Shown: positions 15,830 through 24,966 of the stretch, one piece after another | Numbering within the stretch: position 1 is the first letter of the stretch | Layout of the letters: each line of letters opens with the position of its first letter | From: Planctomycetota bacterium | GTDB lineage: Bacteria; Planctomycetota; Planctomycetia; Planctomycetales; Planctomycetaceae | Length of the DNA stretch: 64,000 nt | Direction of reading: 5' to 3' | Assembly: GCA_003388505.1 (NCBI GenBank) | Contig: QQVO01000013.1 | Span: 134,896 to 198,895 of the forward strand | Translations under genes and position numbers: made by a program | Notes under the pieces: model-generated | What the model saw: the letters and a program-made list of their open reading frames with translations, nothing else | What the model was told of the DNA's origin: nothing | The model's database searches: none

Positions 15830-17578
15830 ATGACGGCACCCGGCAGTCGATCCAGGTCCGGATACGGGTTGCTGCTGCTGGCCGCATTCCTGTGGAGCCT
15901 GAGCGGCCTCTTCACTAAGAACGAGTGGATCGCATCGATCCCCCTCGAATCGCGCGGACCGGTCCTGGCCTGCTGCCGCGCATTCTTCGCCGCCGCCTTT
16001 GTGGCGCCGTTCGTCCGCCGGCGCTCGCTGCGGTTTCGCACGGCCATGATTCCGATGGCGGTGAGCTACGCCTCCATGAACGTTCTGTTCGTCACCGCAC
16101 TGACGCACACCACAGCCGCAGCCGCCATCTTCCTGCAATACACCGCGGCGGCCTGGGCGGCGGTGCTCGGTTGGCTGCTGCTCCGGGAACGGGCCGGGCG
16201 CGCCGACCTGTTCGCGCTGGCGTTCGCGCTCGCAGGCATTGCCGTCATCGTCGGCAGCGAATCCGGGCGCGAGGATCTGTTCGGCAACCTGCTGGGTCTG
16301 GGCAGCGGAGTGACCTACGCCGGCGTGATTATCGGTCTTCGATCTCTGCGCGACGAAAACCCATTCTGGCTGGTGACGATCAACAATGTGACGGCGGGCG
16401 TGGTGCTGCTCCCCTGGGTGGCGGGCGCCGATGTCTCGCTGAGTGCCGCGCAGTGGACCATCGCTGCCGGATTCGGCGTCCTGCAACTTGGCGTGCCCTA
16501 CCTCCTCTTCGCCAGGGCGGTCCGCGAAGTGCCCGCGCATGAGGCAACCCTTCTGGCGATTCTCGAAGCGGTCCTGAATCCGATCTGGGTCTGGATCTTC
16601 ATCGGCGAACGCGCGCCGGTCGCCACCTGGCTCGGCGGAGGACTGATCGTCGCGGGACTTGTGCTCCGTTACACGATCTTCCGTCGCCGTCGAACAGACT
16701 CTCAACCGCAGGTTGCAGCGGAGCAACCGGAAGAGAGTCGGACCGTGGCGCCGAAAATGCGCAGGAACCGCCTCTGCAGAACCGTCGGATGGAGCCTGCT
16801 CTCCGTGGCGGTCGTCCTGCTGCTTTGCCAGGCGGCGCTCAAGACCTGGCAATGGGCGGCCGTTCCCTCCACCGCCCCTCGGATCGGAGTTTCCTACGAC
16901 ACGGCCTGGCACGCGCGGGCCGGCATCAGCACCAAAAACTATGAAGTCTGTCTGACCCGTGCCGGCGCGGCCATCGTCGAACTTCGCCCGGAGGTTGACG
17001 ATCCCGAAACGGTTCTGGACCGTATCGACGCACTCCTGCTCACGGGCGGCGGCGACGTGGATCCGCAACTCTACGGAGGCGACGCCGAGGACGGACTGCT
17101 CGTCGACCGATCCCGCGACGACTTTGAACTGGCTCTCATCGCAGGCGCTCTGCAGCGCGACATGCCGATTCTCGGCGTGTGCCGCGGCATTCAGATTCTG
17201 AACGTGGCCCACGGCGGGACACTACAGAATCTCAGAAGCGACCCCGAGAGCAATGAACGACACGGAATCTCCTCATCCAGCTTTGCCGCGCACATGATCA
17301 CGATCGAGCCTGATTCGCTACTCGCCGACTTGCTTGGTGTGAAAGAGACGGAAGTGAATTCGTTTCACGGGCAGGCAGTCGACGCACCGGGTGCGGGGCT
17401 GCGTGTCGTCGCGGTCGCCGACGACGGAGTCATCGAAGGCATGGAACGCCCGGACAAGACGTTCGTGCTCGTCACACAGTGGCATCCCGAAATCCCTCCG
17501 GCCGACATGCGATATTTTCAGCGACTTGTCGCTGAAGCGATTCGGTTCCGTGAACGAACCGAAGCTGTCAATCACTGA
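15830..17578 (+). CDS. fusion protein: DMT/EamA-family transporter (N-terminal) plus class-I glutamine amidotransferase-like / peptidase C26 gamma-glutamyl hydrolase (C-terminal)
   Basis: N-terminal half: 10 TM helices with EamA-like repeats. C-terminal half: LLTGGGDVDPQLYG, GVCRGIQILNVAHGG (Cys nucleophile), and TQWHPE (His-Pro-Glu), as in PuuD/C26. The first ATG is at 15830 (a GTG lies at 15797). Confidence 0.75.
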   Translation: MTAPGSRSRSGYGLLLLAAFLWSLSGLFTKNEWIASIPLESRGPVLACCRAFFAAAFVAPFVRRRSLRFRTAMIPMAVSYASMNVLFVTALTHTTAAAAIFLQYTAAAWAAVLGWLLLRERAGRADLFALAFALAGIAVIVGSESGREDLFGNLLGLGSGVTYAGVIIGLRSLRDENPFWLVTINNVTAGVVLLPWVAGADVSLSAAQWTIAAGFGVLQLGVPYLLFARAVREVPAHEATLLAILEAVLNPIWVWIFIGERAPVATWLGGGLIVAGLVLRYTIFRRRRTDSQPQVAAEQPEESRTVAPKMRRNRLCRTVGWSLLSVAVVLLLCQAALKTWQWAAVPSTAPRIGVSYDTAWHARAGISTKNYEVCLTRAGAAIVELRPEVDDPETVLDRIDALLLTGGGDVDPQLYGGDAEDGLLVDRSRDDFELALIAGALQRDMPILGVCRGIQILNVAHGGTLQNLRSDPESNERHGISSSSFAAHMITIEPDSLLADLLGVKETEVNSFHGQAVDAPGAGLRVVAVADDGVIEGMERPDKTFVLVTQWHPEIPPADMRYFQRLVAEAIRFRERTEAVNH

Positions 17579-17605
17579 CGCCGCGAGCGGTCGACGCCCC
17601 GTCCG

Positions 17606-19252
17606 TCACGTCCCGGGCGACGTCGACGCGGCTTTCCTGGGCGCTTCGCGCCGAATCATCGCCGCGATCACATACAGCCACGCCAGATTGAGCAGGTGGT
17701 AGCCCGTGTAACGCAGCGCACCGCTGATGCTGCCCTTTTCGGCTGGTTGGACTGAACCGAAAATCAGTTCGGCCAGCTTCATCGGCAGCCCGATGATCCA
17801 GCCGATGTTGTTGCGGGTCACGTCGGCGTTGACCGCAAAGACGCATACCGCATACAGCGCGGCGGTCAGCCAGACGGTCCGCCAACTCGGATGACGCAGA
17901 AGATCGCGGAAACGGCGTCGCGGTCGGTCGCTTCCAAGGTCCGCTTCGCCGGCGAAAGCGGCGACAGAGAACTCTCCCTTCTTCAGCGCCTGCACGACCG
18001 GAAACAGGGCCCCCAGCGCCGGTCGTGGATCGTCGGTCGTGAAGACGTCGTTGATCGTGTCTTCGTGCACCTCGAACATCTTCTGAAGATAGGCTTTGAG
18101 ATCGCGCGGATTGGCCGCTTTCCGCAGTGCGTCGAACAGCGGCCGCAGTTTTCGGGCAGCCTGTTCACTCTCGACATTGTCTTTCTGCTCAGCCCGCGCC
18201 TGTTGAAACCGGGCCCACAATCGCTCGTCGTGGGCGATTTCATCCAGAGTCGCCAGCAGACCGACGACCGGCGCTTCGGTCCGCGTTGAGTAGTCAACCG
18301 TCGGCGGCTCGACTTCCTCACCGGCTGCGATGCGAAAGAGCAGATGCGGGTAATCGACGTTCGCCGCCACAGCCTGCGACAGTCCCCCGAAGAACCGCGG
18401 ATTCAACTCGATCAGGTAAACCTGCCCGTCGTCTCCGACGCGAAAATCGAGTTGCGCGATCCCATGCCAGTTGAGATGCGTCAGCAGTTTCCCGGCCGCC
18501 TCATCCGCTTCCGGCAGATCGACCGTCTCCCTTACCGCCCCGGCGCCCGTTCCGCGCGGAAAGGAACGAATGTTGTGGTAGGTCATGCTGGCGATCGGGC
18601 GTCCCTGGTTGTAGAGGGCGGAGTAGCAGTAATCCTCTCCCGGCACGAAATCCTGCACCAGCGGATACTGGTCCGATTCCAGTCCGTAGCCCTCGACGAA
18701 TCGCTGAAAGTGCGTCGTCAGTTCTTCCGGAGTATTGCACTTCTTGAGCCCGATCCCCGCCGCGGCGGCCCGCATCTTGAGAAACACCGGGAACGTCATG
18801 TCCGGGACGGCTCGATAGACTTCATCGAGACTCCGAAACTGTCGCGTGCCGGGAATCCGAATGCCCAGTTCCTGAGCCAGATCGGCCAGCCGTCCCTTGT
18901 CGTGCGTTCGCTCCATGTTCTCCAGCGAGGTCAGCGCGAGGCTGATATGCGGCTCGAACTTCTCACGGTGCTTCGCGATCAGCCAGGTCTCTTTGTGAAC
19001 GGGGAGGAGGACGTATGGTTCGTCGCCCGGCGGTTTGAGTTCCTTGACCTTCTCGACCAGGAAGTCGATGAAGCCCTCCGGGTCGTCGGAGACGGAGGGA
19101 TATTGAAAGCTGCCGCTGCAGTACCGGGAAAAGAAGCAGGCCGCGAACGGAGCCTCTTCGCCGCAATACACTTCGATGCCCTGCCGGCCGAGGCTGCGGC
19201 AGATCGCCAGTGAATGCCAGGCGCGGCTGTAGGTCAGAATGGCGCGGGCCAT
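17606..19252 (-). CDS. ATP-grasp domain protein with a C-terminal membrane-spanning region
   Basis: ATP-grasp core (LIELNPRFFGG, PVFLKMRAAAAGIGLKK, DYCYSALYNQGRPIASM), then about 100 aa later two predicted TM helices (VWLTAALYAVCVFAV; LLNLAWLYVIAAMI). The start is at MARAILTYS (19252). Confidence 0.7.
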   Translation of the reverse strand: MARAILTYSRAWHSLAICRSLGRQGIEVYCGEEAPFAACFFSRYCSGSFQYPSVSDDPEGFIDFLVEKVKELKPPGDEPYVLLPVHKETWLIAKHREKFEPHISLALTSLENMERTHDKGRLADLAQELGIRIPGTRQFRSLDEVYRAVPDMTFPVFLKMRAAAAGIGLKKCNTPEELTTHFQRFVEGYGLESDQYPLVQDFVPGEDYCYSALYNQGRPIASMTYHNIRSFPRGTGAGAVRETVDLPEADEAAGKLLTHLNWHGIAQLDFRVGDDGQVYLIELNPRFFGGLSQAVAANVDYPHLLFRIAAGEEVEPPTVDYSTRTEAPVVGLLATLDEIAHDERLWARFQQARAEQKDNVESEQAARKLRPLFDALRKAANPRDLKAYLQKMFEVHEDTINDVFTTDDPRPALGALFPVVQALKKGEFSVAAFAGEADLGSDRPRRRFRDLLRHPSWRTVWLTAALYAVCVFAVNADVTRNNIGWIIGLPMKLAELIFGSVQPAEKGSISGALRYTGYHLLNLAWLYVIAAMIRREAPRKAASTSPGT

Positions 19253-19370
19253 GTGCGGCGTCTCCAGGAAAGGATGACTATCATGGACGCGCTGCGTTTG
19301 AGTTTCCACCCGACAGGCGAGCGGCCGGCGACAGCCGGCCGTGGCGACCGAACTATCCCCCACAGACCCC

Positions 19371-20276
19371 ATGCTCCAGAAATTCGACCAGCGCAACAAA
19401 GACCTCGTCATCAACGTCAACGGCGCTCTCGTGCATCGCGACCAGGCCGGGGTCAGTCCGTTCGATTCCGTCGTGCAGGGAGGCGACGCCGTCTGGGAGG
19501 GTCTGCGTCTCTACGACGGGCGGATCTTCAAGCTGGACGAACATCTCGATCGGCTGCGGCATTCCGCCCTGGCGCTGGCCTTCAAGGAGATCCCCTCTCA
19601 CGCGGAGATCATCGAGCAGATCAAACGCACGCTCGCCGCCAACGACATGCACGACGGCGTCCACATTCGGCTGACCCTCACGCGGGGCGTCAAGATCACC
19701 TCCGGTATGGATCCCCGGCTGAACCAGTCGGGGCCGACTCTGATCGTGCTGGCGGAGTTCAAACCGCCGGTCTACGACCAATCCGGGCTGACCTTGATCA
19801 CCTCCAGCGTGCGCCGGTTTCCGCCCGACTGCCTTGATCCGAAGATCCACCACAACAATCTCATTCAGTCGATCCTGGCGAAGATCGAGGCCAACGCAGC
19901 CGGCGCCGACGACGCCGTCATGCTCGACCAGCGCGGCTTCATCGCCGAGACGAACGCCACGCATCTGTTCATCGTGGAGAACGGCCGCGTCAGCACCAGC
20001 CGGCTCCTCGCCTGTCCGGAGGGAATCACCCGGCAGACCGTGCTCGACCTCTGCCGCGTAAACGGTATCGAGTCGGCGGAGCGCGATATCTCTCTGGCCG
20101 AACTCTACCGGGCCGATGAGGCGTTCTGCACAGGCACGATGGGCGAGTTGGCCGCCGTCACCCAGGTCGATGGAAGGACAATCGGCAACGGAGAGCCGGG
20201 ATCGACCACGGGCCGTCTGTCGCAAGAATTTCGCGCGCTGACAGAAGAGCAGGGAGTGCGGGTGGTTGACAGTTGA
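19371..20276 (+). CDS. class IV (D-amino-acid/branched-chain) aminotransferase family protein, or aminodeoxychorismate lyase-like
   Basis: About 300 aa with a fold-type IV pattern (…LDEHLDRLRHSA…, HHNNLIQSILAKIEANAAGADDAVMLDQRGFIAETNATHLFIVENGRVSTS, EAFCTGT). Whether it is IlvE-like or PabC-like cannot be decided by eye. Confidence 0.7.
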   Translation: MLQKFDQRNKDLVINVNGALVHRDQAGVSPFDSVVQGGDAVWEGLRLYDGRIFKLDEHLDRLRHSALALAFKEIPSHAEIIEQIKRTLAANDMHDGVHIRLTLTRGVKITSGMDPRLNQSGPTLIVLAEFKPPVYDQSGLTLITSSVRRFPPDCLDPKIHHNNLIQSILAKIEANAAGADDAVMLDQRGFIAETNATHLFIVENGRVSTSRLLACPEGITRQTVLDLCRVNGIESAERDISLAELYRADEAFCTGTMGELAAVTQVDGRTIGNGEPGSTTGRLSQEFRALTEEQGVRVVDS

Positions 20277-20344
20277 TTTCGACGCGCATCGCGCCAACGA
20301 AAAAGGCGCTTGTGAGATGAAGCGTCAAAAAAACGGCGCTGCCG

Positions 20345-20377
20345 GAGGGCAGCGCCGTTCGAAGATTGTCTTACGTC
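20345..20377 (-). terminator. rho-independent terminator after the YHS-domain gene (hairpin also 3' of the aminotransferase gene)
   Basis: On the minus strand: CGGCGCTGCCC-TCCG-GCAGCGCCG followed by TTTTTTT. Confidence 0.65.
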
Positions 20378-20388
20378 GACAAGCGAAA

Positions 20389-20844
20389 TTACTCCTCGTC
20401 GTCCTTCGACACCTCGAAGCCCTTCTCGAAGGCTTTGTCGTTGAAGAGGAACTCGACCTGCTCGTCGCCTTCCTTCGCCTTCGCTTTGCCCTTGCAGTTA
20501 TTGCAGCAGAAGTTGACGTCGACGCCCGCCACGTCGATCGTGGTGTCCTCGTTCAGCTTGCCGCCGGTCAGCGGGCACTTCTTCTGCTCGGCCTGTTCGG
20601 TGAACACCAACTGATGATTGGCCTTCGCGGCGTACTTGGCAGTGTTGTCCTTGAAGGCGCCGGGGCAGCCGGGGCAGCAGAAGTAGACCTTGGCGTCCTT
20701 GTACTCAACGAACGCCTCTTCGTTAATGTCCTTACCGGAGACAGGGCACTTCGCGACGGCCTTCTCGTCCTTCTTCTCCTCAGCGGCGATCACGCCGACG
20801 GCCAACAGGGCGACGGCACACAATCCGAGACAAGCGTTTTTCAT
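20389..20844 (-). CDS. secreted protein with two YHS-type metal-binding domains
   Basis: Signal peptide MKNACLGLCAVALLAVGVIAAEE. Two repeats: KCPVSGKDINEEAFVEYKDAKVYFCCPGCPGAFKDNTAKY and KCPLTGGKLNEDTTIDVAGVDVNFCCNNCKGKAK (YHS-like CPxxG...YFCxxxC). Confidence 0.65.
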   Translation of the reverse strand: MKNACLGLCAVALLAVGVIAAEEKKDEKAVAKCPVSGKDINEEAFVEYKDAKVYFCCPGCPGAFKDNTAKYAAKANHQLVFTEQAEQKKCPLTGGKLNEDTTIDVAGVDVNFCCNNCKGKAKAKEGDEQVEFLFNDKAFEKGFEVSKDDEE

Positions 20845-21076
20845 TGGGGTTGCTCCTGACGATTCTGGTCGGATTCGGGAGGGTATCCTCACGGGCGGCG
20901 ATCTGGGGAAGACCATCCGCCGACGCGACGCATCAATGTTCACACACCTGATGAGTTTACCCGGTTTTCCCCATCACTGCAATCGGACTCTTGCTTTTCC
21001 CCGTGATATCGGCCGACTACCATGCAACCCGCACCAATTGACCACCTTGATCCTGTCTTCCCGGAGCCGCGACCGC

Positions 21077-22981
21077 ATGCAACCACGACGATTCCCCGAA
21101 CAGATCGCCCTGTGCACAATCTGCATGGTGCTCTCAGGCACCCTGACCGCCGAGGAGCCGAAACTCTCGCCCGCCGAGAAACGGGCCGGCTGGCAATTGC
21201 TCTTCGACGGGGAATCAACCGCAGGCTGGCGGAACTTCAAACAGGAGGGAATCAGCGACGGCTGGGAAGTTCAGGACGGCGCGCTGGTTCGCGCCTCCGA
21301 TGGCGCAGGCGACATTATCACCACCGAACAGTTCGACAACTTCGAACTCTCCATCGAGTACAGGATCTCTCCCGAAAGCAACAGCGGCATCATGTTTCAT
21401 GTGTCGGAAGAGGGAGACGCCCCGTGGCACACCGGACCCGAAATCCAGATCCAGGACAACCTCAATGGGCACGACCCCCAATTGTCCGGTTGGCTCTACC
21501 AGCTCTACAAGCCGCCCGTCGATCCCGGCACCGGGGAAATCGCCGACGCCACCCGGCCCCCCGGTGAATGGAACCACATCCACTTGCGAGTCACCGAGAC
21601 GGAGTGCGAGATCAACCTCAACGGCTACCGCTACGCCCGCTTCCAACTCGGCAGCGACGACTGGAAACAGCGCGTGGCCCAGAGCAAGTTCGCCGACATG
21701 CCCCTCTTCGGAAAGACCGGCAAGGGCCACATCTGCCTGCAGGACCACGGCGATGAGGTCGCCTATCGCAACATCAAGATCCGTGAACTGCCGGCCGACG
21801 GCAGCGTCCCCAACCCGGTCGACGGAGAACTCGCGCTCCAGCCGGAACTCGCATTCCCGAATCTCGAATGGGACGGCTGGGAACCGATCACCGAGCGCGG
21901 CCTGCCGCGCCCGTTCCGTCCGATCGTACTCACGCACGCCGGCGACGGGTCGAACCGCATCTTCGTCGCAGACCAGTGGGGCGCGATCTATGTCTTCGAC
22001 AACGACCCGGAGGTCACCGAATCGACCCTCTTCCTCGATATCCGCGACCGCGTGCAGTACAGCGACAACCAGAACGAGGAAGGTCTGCTCGGGCTCGCGC
22101 TGCATCCCGACTACAAGAACAACGGCGAGTTCTTCGTGTACTACACCACGCGCGACGCCGAGCACACCTCAGTCGTTTCCCGCTTCCACGTCTCAGAGGA
22201 CGACCCGAACCGCGCCGATCCCTCTTCAGAAGAAGAGTTGATGCGCATTCCGCAGCCGTTCTGGAATCATAACGGCGGCACCGTCTGCTTCGGTCCCGAC
22301 GGCTATCTGTACATCGGACTCGGCGACGGCGGCGCGGCGAACGATCCGCTCGAAAACGCGCAGAACCTCAATACCTGGCTCGGGTCGATCCTGCGGATCG
22401 ACGTCGACCGGCAGGAAGACGGCAAAGCGTACGCGATTCCCGACGACAACCCGTTCGTCAACCAGACCGACGCGCAACCTGAGATCTATGCCTACGGCTT
22501 GAGAAACGTCTGGCGGATTTCATTCGACCGCGAGACCGGAGCACTCTGGTGCGGCGACGTCGGACAGAACCTCTGGGAGGAGATCGACCTGATCGTCAGT
22601 GGCGGCAACTACGGATGGGCATTGCGGGAAGGATCGCATCCCTTCGGCCCGGAGGGCGTCGGACCCCGCGACGACCTGATCGAGCCGATCTGGGAATACG
22701 ATCACCAGGTCGGCAAGTCGATCACCGGCGGCGTGGTCTACCGGGGCAAACGCCTGCCCGAACTCCAGGGCAAGTACGTCTACGCCGACTACGTCACCGG
22801 CCGCATCTGGGCCCTCGACTACGACGAAGACGCCGGGGAAGTCGTCTCCAACGAGGCCATCCCCTCGCCGGGCGGAACGGCCATCATCTCCTTCGGCGAA
22901 GACGAACAGGGCGAAGTCTACTACACGATCGTCGCCGCCGACGGACGGGGCATCTATCGTTTCGTTCCGACCGGCGAGTAA
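21077..22981 (+). CDS. DUF1080 (3-keto-disaccharide hydrolase-like) domain fused to a PQQ-dependent sugar dehydrogenase (SGDH beta-propeller)
   Basis: Signal peptide after MQPRRFPEQ. The DUF1080 hallmark ...HICLQDHGDEVAYRNIKIRELP is present. The SGDH motifs are present (GLLGLALHPDY, GGTVCFGPDGYLYIGLGDGG, GLRNVWRISFD, GGNYGW). Confidence 0.8.
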   Translation: MQPRRFPEQIALCTICMVLSGTLTAEEPKLSPAEKRAGWQLLFDGESTAGWRNFKQEGISDGWEVQDGALVRASDGAGDIITTEQFDNFELSIEYRISPESNSGIMFHVSEEGDAPWHTGPEIQIQDNLNGHDPQLSGWLYQLYKPPVDPGTGEIADATRPPGEWNHIHLRVTETECEINLNGYRYARFQLGSDDWKQRVAQSKFADMPLFGKTGKGHICLQDHGDEVAYRNIKIRELPADGSVPNPVDGELALQPELAFPNLEWDGWEPITERGLPRPFRPIVLTHAGDGSNRIFVADQWGAIYVFDNDPEVTESTLFLDIRDRVQYSDNQNEEGLLGLALHPDYKNNGEFFVYYTTRDAEHTSVVSRFHVSEDDPNRADPSSEEELMRIPQPFWNHNGGTVCFGPDGYLYIGLGDGGAANDPLENAQNLNTWLGSILRIDVDRQEDGKAYAIPDDNPFVNQTDAQPEIYAYGLRNVWRISFDRETGALWCGDVGQNLWEEIDLIVSGGNYGWALREGSHPFGPEGVGPRDDLIEPIWEYDHQVGKSITGGVVYRGKRLPELQGKYVYADYVTGRIWALDYDEDAGEVVSNEAIPSPGGTAIISFGEDEQGEVYYTIVAADGRGIYRFVPTGE

Positions 22982-22995
22982 TCGACGCGATGCCG

Positions 22996-24438
22996 TTACC
23001 GGTCATTGGCGGAAGCAGCGGACTCATTCGGCGCGTCAGGCGCCGTTTCCGAAGGTCGGACGGCGCCCGCGTTCCCTCGCGCCGCAGCATCGGTCGAACC
23101 GCGAACGCGACTTGCACCCGAACCTGCGGGAAGCTGTGTGTTCGATTGCGTCTGCGTCGCACCCCGCAGTCGTCCCTGGGCCGAGGCGTCCGGGACGCCT
23201 CCCACTGACGGAAGATTCGTCCTCGCCCCGGCGGCACCGCGGGCTCTCCCAGACGCGTCGAACGCGCCTTCCGGAGCAGAAAACTCGCCGCGGCCTTGCA
23301 CAGCCCCTTCTCCATAGGCGCCCACACCGATCGGCTGCCCGGAGGGGTCGAACTCCTGCGGAACATCAGGCGCAAACCGACCCGTGCCGTAACCGCCGGT
23401 CTCCGTCTGTCCCTGAATGTCTCGGAGATACGTCGACGCGTTCCCCCGCGCGCGGGCGGCGGCCTGGTCAGCGGCGCCTGGTCCGGTCGTCTCCGACTGA
23501 TAACGCGTCATCGACCTGAAGCGGCCTTCTGCGCGGTACGCCTGCCGGGCCGCGCTATCCGCCGCGACGTCTCCCCGCTGAAAGGTGCCGGCGGCCGCAT
23601 CGGTTGCGAACTCCCCGGAGGTCTGTTGAATCGCGTCAACCCGGCCGCGCGCGGACTGAGCCGCCTCCGCTGCCAGTTGCTGCCGGTAGCGCACCCAGGC
23701 CGCGGCGTCTCCGGTGAACTCACTGTTTGCAGACGGACGTTGCGGCACGTCGGCCGAAGTCTCTCCCTGTGGGCCCGTCGACTCAGCCGCGAAGGCGCCC
23801 GCCGCGTCCGCATCGGCCCAGACTCCGGTTCGGTTGCGCGGTCCCCATTCGTCGTCGGCCTGCGAGGCCTCGCCGTCGGTCAACGCCGTCACTTGCTGCT
23901 GGTGCAGCGCACGGGCTTCAGACTCCAGCGAATCAGCCCGGATCAACAACGAGACGTCATTGTGGGCGATGGCATAGTCGCGCAACCTGTCGATCTGTGA
24001 GAGCCGGTTCGCCAGATACAGGTCGAGTTGCAGCAACGCCCGGTTCTCGGGACTCGCACTTTGAGGGTCAGAGGCCGTCGGTCGGTTTTGCGGCGACTCC
24101 TCCCCCGGCGTCCTCTCGTCCGGACGGGACGTGCGACGGAATCGAGCCCGCATCTCGGCGGAGCTTCGAACCGACCCGGAGGCGTTCAGCAATCGAGGAT
24201 TCGTTGAGAGGTTCGCATCAACGCCCGCATTCGCGCCCACATCGAGGCTGGGCCCGATGTCAACGCCCCGGACGCCCGGAAGACCCGGCAGGCCGAGGCC
24301 GGCGCCGCCTTGTGCTCCTCCTCCTCCACCCACAGGTCCGCCGAGAGGATTCAGCCCCCCCAGAGGATCGTCGCCATGGGCCGTCGCAGCCAGGGCCACT
24401 GTGAGCGTGATGACAGCGGGTCGAATCAGATTTCGCAT
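22996..24438 (-). CDS. hypothetical secreted low-complexity (Gly/Ala/Gln-rich) protein
   Basis: GAGGAG RBS before the ATG at 24438. Signal peptide MRNLIRPAVITLTVALAATAHG. No recognisable domain. It is accepted over the antisense ORFs because of the RBS and signal peptide, but the confidence is modest. Confidence 0.45.
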   Translation of the reverse strand: MRNLIRPAVITLTVALAATAHGDDPLGGLNPLGGPVGGGGGAQGGAGLGLPGLPGVRGVDIGPSLDVGANAGVDANLSTNPRLLNASGSVRSSAEMRARFRRTSRPDERTPGEESPQNRPTASDPQSASPENRALLQLDLYLANRLSQIDRLRDYAIAHNDVSLLIRADSLESEARALHQQQVTALTDGEASQADDEWGPRNRTGVWADADAAGAFAAESTGPQGETSADVPQRPSANSEFTGDAAAWVRYRQQLAAEAAQSARGRVDAIQQTSGEFATDAAAGTFQRGDVAADSAARQAYRAEGRFRSMTRYQSETTGPGAADQAAARARGNASTYLRDIQGQTETGGYGTGRFAPDVPQEFDPSGQPIGVGAYGEGAVQGRGEFSAPEGAFDASGRARGAAGARTNLPSVGGVPDASAQGRLRGATQTQSNTQLPAGSGASRVRGSTDAAARGNAGAVRPSETAPDAPNESAASANDR

Positions 24439-24495
24439 CGAAAACTCCTCTGCGGCGTCAACCGGGAACTGATGGAACGGCAAGCAAGTGGGAAC

Positions 24496-24713
24496 ACGAA
24501 TCCGGCACGGTTTCGTGCGGCGTACCACGGTTCACGCATCCCTCGACAGAGCCCGACACAGGGCGCTTCGGATGCGCGGCGCGCCGGTCTGCTTAAAAGG
24601 CAGACGCGGCGACGTGCTTTGATTGGGGAAAGGGAGGTTAGGTGGTTCTCAGGGGAGCGCGAATTCCGCAGGGTCTCGTGCGAATGAGCCGTCCGGCCTT
24701 CCTGAAAACAAAG
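24496..24713. repeat. two tandem copies of the family-2 structured repeat (24496-24563 and 24634-24713) in a divergent promoter region
   Basis: ACGAATCCGGCACGGTTTCGTGCGG...CCCGACACAGGG and GGTTCTCAGGGGAGCGCGAATTCCGCAGGGTCTCGTGCGAA...AGCCCTGACTGGG. Compare 6458-6540. There is also a GTCTGC-TTAAAAG-GCAGAC hairpin at about 24580-24600. Confidence 0.4.
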
Positions 24714-24966
24714 CCCTGACTGGGCATTGAGTGACTTCCGTGAATGGGCCGCGAAGGATAACCAGAAAGGATTGCCGGTCAAGATCAATCCGCACCGATG
24801 TTCACGTTTCCCGTCCACATCCTGATTGACACGTTCAGCGCCTTCGGATAACAGCACGCTCCCACTTCCCCATTTCTCCTCCAGACAGGTCGCTTCACCA
24901 CCCGGACCTGTGCGGTCCCGCCCTGAAGCATCCACAACAGGGCCCGCAAAGACACTCGGAGATCGC

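Noticed and set aside
15650-17212. 520-aa minus-strand ORF overlapping the DMT-amidotransferase gene
   Set aside because: It is antisense to a gene with clear TM periodicity and a catalytic triad. Its translation is low-complexity.
19353-20297. 314-aa minus-strand ORF opposite the class-IV aminotransferase
   Set aside because: It is a mirror ORF. The plus strand carries the aminotransferase motifs.
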